Below are positions 56,247 to 64,000 of a stretch of DNA of 64,000 bases, piece after piece. Numbering within the stretch: position 1 is the stretch's first letter; every line of letters begins with the position of its first letter. The translations under genes and the position numbers were made by a program. Under the pieces are notes generated by a model, which saw nothing but the letters and a program-made list of their open reading frames with translations, made no database searches and was not told the DNA's origin. The stretch comes from Histomonas meleagridis 2922-C6/04-290x (taxonomy: Eukaryota; Protista; Parabasalia): contig JAANOX010000142.1 in the NCBI GenBank assembly GCA_020184695.1, positions 248,001 to 312,000 on the forward strand. The letters are read 5' to 3'.

Positions 56247-59018
56247 ATGGGGATTGAATTAGAAAATATTCCATTCTTTGCTCAAACAGGAAAATTCAGA
56301 GTTCTTTTGGTGCCAGTTGGAGACAAGCATTCAAGCACATTTGGCACTGTTTTTACAATTCTTGATAAATTATGTAATACTCTTGAACTTGATGCTCAAA
56401 CAATTACACCCACAGTTTTCAACTTTAAAGGAACCGTACCATTTTCATTAACAAAATGTAAATCGTTAACATATTTACCATTTCTACTCCGTTTAACAGA
56501 TCCATTAATGCCACATTTAGATTATCATGTTGTTATAGGCACAACACAAGCAGACACTATTGACGAAGCTCTTTCTCTTCATGCAATGTTTGACAAAATT
56601 GTTCGAGAAACAGAAACATCAGCAACCCCATTTCTTTTTGTTTTCACAACATCCGACTTTGATGAAGATCAACTTCCACTTAACATTATACAAATATCAA
56701 ACAATAAAGACACAGATATCACGCGTCGTATTCGTGAAGGATTTGTACGATATGTAACAGATTATCTAATGAAACTTGAACCTTTTTGTGATGATCTTAA
56801 GAACTCCAAAGATCAATCTCCTTCATTGTTTCAGCTTGGTTCATATGCTTATATGTTAGGAGGAGTTGATGAAGCATCTCAATATTTTTCATCATCGATG
56901 AAACACAAACCCCCGCCGATAGTAACCGCCGCGTCATTTGAAGTATTCCAAAGCGTTGGTATTAAGTTTGAAATCGAGAAATCATTTTATGAGAAAGAAT
57001 TTTCTTTACTTAAAGATGATTCAACACAATTACCACCAGAAGCTATTTCTTCTTTAGTATATTCGAGTCGTTTACCAGATAAGACAGCATATGTTCGATG
57101 TTTATTACGTAATTCATATCGTTATCCTAAAGTTAGTCGAACTCTATTATTAAAATCATTAGAACTTCTTAAAGATAAAAATCAATCACAATATATATCA
57201 TTAACATTATTATTATTAAAACATACAGGAAATGTTCGAACATTTATATTTCGATGTAGTAAAGCAATGAAACAAGGCTTCCAAATGCCTGATTTCTTAT
57301 TACAAGAATACGTCAAAAGTATTACTGAAGGAAATGATTGGTGTGAACAACGAATTGTACCTGCCACCGAATTATTTGTATCACAATCAGTTCCACGTCA
57401 TATTAAGAATCAACTTTTAGAATATTTATTAAAGTATTTACATGTTATCCATGAACGTCAACAAAAATTAATATTATCATTAATACCTACAAACGTTGAT
57501 ATTCCAGCGACATTATTAATGAATGTAAATGAATTAACATTTTTGCCACAAATTTACCCAGTTCAAGAAGCTAAATTTAGAAGATCAAATGTGTTTATAT
57601 ATTCGCCACTTGAGAAGAAAACAATATCAACAATATGTTCATCCGGTGATGAATTATCATTTAGTTTAACATTATATAACCCACTTTTAATACCATTAAC
57701 ATTTGATAAGATATCATTAAAAGCTACAAACTCAATATCATATCCAACGATTTTGACAATTCCTTCAAAGAAAACTATCACTACTACATTAATATTAAAA
57801 GCATGTGAAATTGGAGAAATTGTTTTAGAAGGCTTTGTATATATAATTGGGAATATTAATGGAAGTTATAAATTACAAACTCCATTAACATTTCCTATTG
57901 TTGAACAAATTCCGATATTAACATTTAAACAAATTACACAATTTAAATCCGAAATAATAGAAAATTCGATATTAAAATTTAACTTCGAAGTTATAAATCC
58001 ATCAAATAAATCTATTGAAATCAAAAACATAAAATTCTCTGCAATACCTTCAGTATTAACATCTACTTCATTACCTATTGAGTATCCACCATTAATTAAG
58101 CCATCATTACCTGACGTAATTCAATATAATGAAACATATCCATTTTCGATCATCTTTAATTCAGATGAAACTAATTCATTATTATCATTTGCTATTGATT
58201 ATGGAAATGAATTATATTTCAGACGATTTGAACTTAATCAACAATTTATAATCAAATCAGGACCAAAGATTAAATTAATTAAAGATATATCACTTGATGA
58301 TCATGATGACTTTGATTCAGGTACAATTAACTTAATGTTTATCATCGAAAACCCTTTAGATGAACCAATAATTATATCATCAAATATAACAAATGAAAAG
58401 ACTTTCATTAAAGCAAATGAAATCGGTTCATTAATACTTCAAGTTAAACGATTTGAAATTGATATTGATTCAAACACTACGAATTTCGAATGTGAAGGTT
58501 TGGATAGAAGTCATATTCGAAAGTGTGAAGCTAATGCTGTTAAAGAAAAGAATTCTCCGCTAACAAAAGATGAGTTAATAACTATTTGGAAAACACTTTT
58601 ATTGAAGTTTAAACTTCAGAACTCAATAAAATTAAATTGGAAATTACAAAACGGATTAAAAGGTGTTTTACCTTTTACACATATTAAATTAAATAATGAA
58701 ATAATTAAAGCGTTACAATTCCCTCCGTTTGATGTCGAATATAAATTGGAAAAAATCTTAGAAAATATTTACGAATTAAAATGTTGCGTAAGTTGTAAAA
58801 ATGAAATAGATTTGGAAGTCATACTAAAATATGACTTAAAATATGATAACAATGAACCAAACGCTGTTTTCGTTGCTGGCGCTGAAGTGAATAAAATTAA
58901 AGCTCCAGCTGAAGTGAAACAAGTGTTACATTTTTTGCCTGGTGGGAAATTGAATGTTGTCGGTAAGTTTAATATTGGGAAGGCAACATTCATAAAAATT
59001 GGTTCGTTCGATATATAA
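56247..59018 (+). CDS. TRAPPC9: TRAPP II subunit TRAPPC9/Trs120-like
   Basis: N-terminal KFRVLLVPVG, FIYSP motif, LTLYNPLLIPLTFDKISL ASH-like domain; 923 aa. Confidence 0.7.
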   Translation: MGIELENIPFFAQTGKFRVLLVPVGDKHSSTFGTVFTILDKLCNTLELDAQTITPTVFNFKGTVPFSLTKCKSLTYLPFLLRLTDPLMPHLDYHVVIGTTQADTIDEALSLHAMFDKIVRETETSATPFLFVFTTSDFDEDQLPLNIIQISNNKDTDITRRIREGFVRYVTDYLMKLEPFCDDLKNSKDQSPSLFQLGSYAYMLGGVDEASQYFSSSMKHKPPPIVTAASFEVFQSVGIKFEIEKSFYEKEFSLLKDDSTQLPPEAISSLVYSSRLPDKTAYVRCLLRNSYRYPKVSRTLLLKSLELLKDKNQSQYISLTLLLLKHTGNVRTFIFRCSKAMKQGFQMPDFLLQEYVKSITEGNDWCEQRIVPATELFVSQSVPRHIKNQLLEYLLKYLHVIHERQQKLILSLIPTNVDIPATLLMNVNELTFLPQIYPVQEAKFRRSNVFIYSPLEKKTISTICSSGDELSFSLTLYNPLLIPLTFDKISLKATNSISYPTILTIPSKKTITTTLILKACEIGEIVLEGFVYIIGNINGSYKLQTPLTFPIVEQIPILTFKQITQFKSEIIENSILKFNFEVINPSNKSIEIKNIKFSAIPSVLTSTSLPIEYPPLIKPSLPDVIQYNETYPFSIIFNSDETNSLLSFAIDYGNELYFRRFELNQQFIIKSGPKIKLIKDISLDDHDDFDSGTINLMFIIENPLDEPIIISSNITNEKTFIKANEIGSLILQVKRFEIDIDSNTTNFECEGLDRSHIRKCEANAVKEKNSPLTKDELITIWKTLLLKFKLQNSIKLNWKLQNGLKGVLPFTHIKLNNEIIKALQFPPFDVEYKLEKILENIYELKCCVSCKNEIDLEVILKYDLKYDNNEPNAVFVAGAEVNKIKAPAEVKQVLHFLPGGKLNVVGKFNIGKATFIKIGSFDI

Positions 59019-59242
59019 AAATTATCAATAAATACGATGTTTGCTTTTATTTGTTTTTGACTTTCTGTTTGACGTTGAGAAAACCGTTTCACATTCATTG
59101 AATTCGTCTATCGGCAAAATCGTGCAAAATCAACCTCTTAAATAAATCATTGGTTGGTTGAATTTGTGAACGTTTTGATCGTAAACAGGAAAATCTTCTC
59201 AATGGCCATTCAAAAAAAATCGATCCCTTATATTACCAAAAT

Positions 59243-60961
59243 ATGATGCAACCCAGGAATCAAGCAATTAACATTCAAGCGGTTCCTGTGTCTCTTTCAT
59301 CTATCAAAAACACTTTTTACTTGGGAATTAATTTTTTTCACTTTTTTGATATATATTGCCAAAACGTTACTTCTCTTTCAGCTTTACATAATATTCTAGA
59401 AAGAAAAATAAAGGAACTAAGGGAATTAAAAGTAGAACCTGTTTTTGTTTTTTCAGGAATTTCTTATGTTTATTTGGATTATATCATTTTCTATTTCGAG
59501 GAAGAATCAATAAAAATTTTTCAGAAGCTCAACGTTAGATGCGTACAGGCAATTTCAACAACAAATGCCCAATTAGCATCAATGTTTAAAAATAAAATTG
59601 TAAATGCTATAATGACGAATTATAGTGTAATTCTTAATGATGTTACTCATTGGGTTCATTTTATTGATTTTGAAAATTCACAATTTATAGTTCTTAAGAG
59701 TAATCCACAAATCCTTAATGATCTAATTTCTGAACATACACTTCCAGATATTACTGCTCCATCAATAGAAAATCAACGTTTATATTGGAGAGTTTTACCT
59801 CCTCTTTTTGGCAAAAAAATACCACAAATTCCAATAAACACTCTTTCGCTTGTGAACATTGGAATTATTAAAAAGCCTCGTCTAGCAATTCCTCAAGTTC
59901 GAATACCAAATAACCTTTGTCTCCCTAAAAACTGCATTAATAACCTAAATCGATGTAGTGGTATTTATTTTTCATATCTTCAAAATTTAACAAATCTTTC
60001 TTTTAATAGGGTTCTTTCAAGCCCTGATTCACCGCCTAGTAACGATTTCTTACTTTTCCTTTTAAACCAATCAAGATCTAAAGATGTCCCATGCATTCAA
60101 TTCGAAGAATCAACAGGAGAACATCGATTTTTCGATATTCTTTCATTACAAAATATTTCATCCAAAAATTTCACTACACTGTTAAATTGTTTGCAGTCAA
60201 TTTCGGGGCCCCCTGAAATCAAAGATGTACAAATAACTAAAAAAATGATTTTACAAGAAAGTATTCGTAAGTTCCTTGCAGCACATGAATATATTGCTCC
60301 TGGTGGCGGACTTAGTCCATGGGGAAGAGCTGTTCTTGTAGCAAATTCTGAAAATGATGATCCAACTATACTTTTTATTGAATTGATTCGTGCTGAAATA
60401 ATTGACGTGAATTTAAGCTCTCAATCTAATGGAAGTGTCGGAATTACAGATATCATTGAAAGGACTTTTTCACTATTTCAGATAAAAACAGAGATACCTG
60501 AAGAACTTGAGAAAAATTCTAAATTAGGGAACTTCGAAATTACTTCTGGATTAATATACTCTTCTATTCGTGCACTTCTACATATGATTGTATGTGGTAC
60601 ATATCTTTATTATACAAAAGAGCCATCTGTTTCTGAACTTATGGACATTATTAATGATGCGCCATTTAAATCATTCAAACCATTAAAAACAGGAACACTG
60701 ATGAGATTTTTGCTAGAATCATCCGAAGAAACAGTATGTGAATTCTTGGACAAATGGGAAATCCCAAGAAAGCAACTGAAAAAAGATGTTCTAAGTGCTG
60801 TCAAATGGTGGGGAAATATCAATAGGGCAACCGAAGAGCTAAAACAGAGATCGCTTCGCCCAAACTCGCGTGTGAGTAATTTAAAGAACTTTCTGGTGCT
60901 TTTTGAGTGCGCAAATCAGTTTGTGGAAAAAAGATCTGCAAAAGTCCTGAAGTACCTGTGA
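59243..60961 (+). CDS. Mkt1-like (XPG/PIN-fold) post-transcriptional regulator
   Basis: PIN/XPG-like N-terminus (VEPVFVFSG, AQLASM) and C-terminal GGLSPWGRAV..ILFIELIR resembling the Mkt1 C-domain. Confidence 0.6.
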   Translation: MMQPRNQAINIQAVPVSLSSIKNTFYLGINFFHFFDIYCQNVTSLSALHNILERKIKELRELKVEPVFVFSGISYVYLDYIIFYFEEESIKIFQKLNVRCVQAISTTNAQLASMFKNKIVNAIMTNYSVILNDVTHWVHFIDFENSQFIVLKSNPQILNDLISEHTLPDITAPSIENQRLYWRVLPPLFGKKIPQIPINTLSLVNIGIIKKPRLAIPQVRIPNNLCLPKNCINNLNRCSGIYFSYLQNLTNLSFNRVLSSPDSPPSNDFLLFLLNQSRSKDVPCIQFEESTGEHRFFDILSLQNISSKNFTTLLNCLQSISGPPEIKDVQITKKMILQESIRKFLAAHEYIAPGGGLSPWGRAVLVANSENDDPTILFIELIRAEIIDVNLSSQSNGSVGITDIIERTFSLFQIKTEIPEELEKNSKLGNFEITSGLIYSSIRALLHMIVCGTYLYYTKEPSVSELMDIINDAPFKSFKPLKTGTLMRFLLESSEETVCEFLDKWEIPRKQLKKDVLSAVKWWGNINRATEELKQRSLRPNSRVSNLKNFLVLFECANQFVEKRSAKVLKYL

Positions 60962-61041
60962 AAGCAATGCGGTTTTGTCATTCGTTGAAAAATGACAGGT
61001 TTTCATAATTAATCCGATAAATTATATTTTTTTTTATATAT

Positions 61042-61476
61042 TTAAATTGTAAAAGTAAGTCGCATTATATGACATTCATATAATTTCTTTGTATGAAACC
61101 TGCATACGAATTTCATATAATATATACTGACATTTTTCTTATATAGATTCGAATCGCAACATGAAAATGGGCAAATATTTTTAATTGATTCATCTTTTAT
61201 TGTTGTCTTTAAATCATCAAATCTAGTGATGTTTCTTCCTTTCAAGTTATTTATAAAGTTAATGAAATTGGTTGGTGTTTCATAGCATTCATCATTTTTG
61301 GACGATTAATTTGTAAGTCCTAAACTTTCTAATTCGTAATTTATTTTGTCTGAAATGTTTAATAGAGCATAAGAAGAATCAAAATGGTTATCATTTGAAG
61401 TTTCTTCTGATGGGATACTCTCTATTCTGTTGTTCGTTTCTGTGCATTCGACAAATGCTTTTATGAGCCCATCCAT
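61042..61476 (-). pseudogene. small ORF interrupted by one in-frame TAA
   Basis: ATG 61476 MDGLIKAF...LGLTN, TAA at 61306-61308, then the same frame continues into the 61042-61245 ORF. Confidence 0.45.
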
Positions 61477-61967
61477 TATTAATGTTTAGGTGATGGTTTC
61501 TTCTTCATTTATATTAATAAACATCTAAAAAATTCATTTAATTTATTTTGTTCACTGATAAAAAATATAATTTACACTACTATTTATTTATTATCAGATA
61601 TTGTTCACACTACTATTTTATAAATTAAAATAAAATCAGAAATGTAGATTTTGATATTCGCTTATGTGATAATTATATACATTTTATTTGCTGTATAAGT
61701 TAACTATAATCAAAGTGATTTTTTTAAATTCGATATTTAATTACAGATAGTTAATCTTTCGGTCCAAACTTCATCAAATATAAGGCACTTTACGTTTTTT
61801 TTAACGTTGAGAAAAGTGACGTTTTTTTCGTTGAACATTGCCCAAGTCTGCCTGGAAATACGATTCCTCAAAATTCTTGGTTAAAAATACACAATTTGGA
61901 TCTGTTTTGAGTTAAATTTTTACCCAAAGTAAATTCTTTTTGACAAAGCTTTGTTAAATTTAACTAA

Positions 61968-63898
61968 TTATGTGCGATCATTTTCATATGATAATATAAG
62001 TGCTGTCCAAAATATTTTCAAAATATTATTTCAAAATATTATTTTGAAATAAGAAATTATTAATATAAATATTATATAAAACAAATAAATATTTTTAGTA
62101 TTAATATCAATTCCTTCTTGTTCAAGAAGTAATTTAACTATTTCTGTATAACCATTTTCAGATGCTAAAATAAGTGCTGTTTTAAATAATTTAAATAATT
62201 TCCAAATATCATTTAGAAATATTAAATTGTTAAAACAAATTATATCTTTAGCATTAATATCAATTCCTTCTTGTTCAAGAAGTAATTTAACTATTTCTAT
62301 ATGACCATTTAAAGATGCTTTGATAAGTGCTGTATAAAATAATTTAAATAATTTCTAAGTATCATTTAGAAATATTAAATTGTTAAAACAAATTATATCT
62401 TTAGTATTAATATCAATTCCTTCTTGTTCAAGAAGTAATTTAACTATTTCTGTATAACCATTTTCAGATGCTAAAATAAGTGCTGTATAAAATAATTTAA
62501 ATAATTTCCAAATATTATTTTGAAATATTCCAAAATTATTAAAATAAATTTCAAATAAAACAAATAAATATCTTTAGCATTAATATCAATTCCTTCTTGT
62601 TCAAGAAGTAATTTAACTATTTCTGTATAACCATTTTCAGATGCTAAAATAAGTGCTGTTTTAAATAATTTAAATAATTTCCAAATATCATTTAGATATA
62701 TTAAATTGTTAAAACAAATTATATCTTTAGCATTAATATCAATTCCTTTTTGCTTTAAAATGAATGTAACAAGTTCAATATTTCCTGAAAATGAAGCAAA
62801 AACTAAAATATTTTCTGGAAGTTGATTATTTTTAATGAAATATTTTACAAGAAAAATATATCCAATTTTTGCTGCTTTATTAATGATATTTTTATTAATT
62901 TTCATTCCTTCTTTTTCTAAATATGTAAAAATTTCATAATTAAAATATGAAACGCATTTTTTTCCTAATTTTTTTAATTTGTTAATATCTTCAATTTTAT
63001 TTTCATAAATATATTTAAAAATTTCATTTCGATGAAACATAATTGCTGTTTCACATGCACCTTCAAAAGATGAATGATTTTGTTCACATAAATGAATGAT
63101 TTCTTCATTTCCACCTGCGACAGCATATTTACCTGTGTTTTCTACACTTGCACCATTCATAAGTAAATATTTAAAACATTTAACAGAAGAAAAAAATGCT
63201 GCATAATCAATTAATGTAACATTTTTATGATTAATAAATGAACATCTTTCATAAAGTGATTTTGGAATTATTTGATTAAAATTAAAATGTGTTTGTGATG
63301 ATATTTCTTGAAGTTTTTCTATTTCATCATTTCGAATTATTTTTGCAATTTCTTTTGGATTAATTCCTTCTTCAATTAATTGCTTATGAAGTGCAAAATC
63401 ATTCTTTGATAGTTCTTCATAAGCAATATTTTCTTGATCAAATAAATATTTATATTTATCTGATTTATCTTGATTAATATGAACAAAAAATGGTTCACGT
63501 ATATTTTGGATGAATTTTGATTCAAGTAAATTATACTTAATCATGTAATTAAGTAAATAAAATGATTCTTGTGTGTTTTCTTTAAGTAGAAATTGAGAAA
63601 ATAAATTTATTATTTTTGAGTTGATTTTATTATTTACTTCAAATTTTTCAATTTCTTGTAATAATCTCAAATATATATCAAAATTATTACTATCAATCAG
63701 AAGATATATATATATCATTTGGAATATAATGATATCAGAAGATATTGGATATTCTTAACAAAACTTGCTGATAATAAAATTCGATGATTGAGCAAAATTA
63801 TCTATATTCAAACCAAAAATTATGCTTTTTAGCGCTGTATATGTTTCCCACTCGTTTTGAGATTTCTGATTTGTTGTTGCTGTTTGCTTTTGGTGCAT
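61968..63898 (-). CDS. DUF3447-like + ankyrin-repeat gene D with 17-nt-insert spacers; premature TAA at codon 48
   Basis: ATG 63898 MHQKQ..IIFGLNIDNFAQSS aligns with the paralog N-termini; TAA 63755-63757; DUF3447-like region; four 90-nt ankyrin segments. Confidence 0.7.
62007..62722 (-). other. five spacers (63,83,63,63,84 nt) of 17-nt inserts plus codons
   Basis: Spacers 62660-62722 (INGK), 62487-62569 (EWNGY), 62334-62396 (INRY), 62181-62243 (INGK), 62007-62090 (NL then TGA; degenerate). Confidence 0.9.
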
Positions 63899-64000
63899 TT
63901 TGAACAAATGACTAGTATTGAATTTTGTGAAGATCGATCATCTTTTTCTGAATTTTTAACGGTCGGATATTGGCGGGCCTGCTATAAATTTTTTCAAAAC

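Noticed and set aside
38912-59018. Apparent cluster of trafficking genes (TBC, TRAPPC11-like, AP5B1-like, TRAPPC9)
   Set aside because: Trafficking families are abundant in parabasalids, two of the calls are tentative, and there is no evidence of co-regulation.
1324-60822. Numerous 60-130 aa ORFs overlapping the main genes or lying in intergenic DNA
   Set aside because: Antisense or alternate-frame shadows and TTG/GTG-started AT-rich ORFs with no recognisable domains.
52117-62722. Each spacer as one GT/AT-AG spliceosomal intron (AAAG|RTATTT...ACAG|CA)
   Set aside because: It would give 28-aa repeats lacking the hairpin. The AG is absent in 5 of the 20 spacers, where the codons are ACT GCN, ACA CCT or AAC GGA. 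There is no parabasalid ACTAAC branch-point motif. The 17+3 parse explains the lengths and restores the consensus loops.
52117-62722. Single ribosomal bypass with matched take-off and landing TTT codons
   Set aside because: Some spacers have stops at the 2nd or 3rd codon (GAT AAT TAA; AAT ATA CAT TAA), and the codons flanking each 17-mer are not matched, unlike T4 gene 60-type bypassing. Unmatched hopping is not excluded.
22086-63718. Ankyrin arrays as simple pseudogene decay
   Set aside because: The 90-nt helix segments are stop-free with synonymous variation, while the disruptions are confined to fixed-length, fixed-position units.

Overview
AT-rich, gene-dense, almost intron-free eukaryotic DNA. 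It is most consistent with a parabasalid protist (Tritrichomonas/Trichomonas-like), inferred from DUF3447-like ankyrin genes, DPFxxDF membrane-protein tails and Inr/M3-like promoter motifs. Housekeeping genes: 5'-partial TOR, NDR kinase, RPL29 (missed by the ORF track), PA200/Blm10, RPL7A, NOT2-like, START-domain protein, kinesin, FANCM, TBC1D22, Ras, SRP19, HECT E3, TRAPPC11-like, AP5-beta-like, TRAPPC9 and Mkt1-like. There is also a 12-copy ~135-bp tandem array and several broken ORFs. Main discovery: four ankyrin loci (~22, 52, 55, 62 kb) carry an AT-rich, frame-breaking spacer in the beta-hairpin loop of every canonical repeat (20 spacers; 11 exactly 80 nt, 4 exactly 63 nt). The spacers parse as 17-nt inserts alternating with single codons (80=4x[17+3]; 63=3x17+12). 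Removing the 17-mers yields textbook ankyrin loops (KD-NYGN-TAF, RN-EEGR-TAF, QD-KNGY-TGL, KD-INGK-TAL, KN-HDGK-TAL, KD-KFGE-TAF, KD-YYGQ-TAL) and restores a stop-free 547-aa ORF at the 52-kb locus. The inserts lack GT-AG ends (mostly AT/GT/AA...TTT) and are better conserved than the codons they isolate, which are the ligand-contact variable positions of ankyrin repeats. The pattern is seen directly in the sequence. Whether the inserts are removed at all, and if so at the RNA, DNA or translation level, is not determinable from this window.
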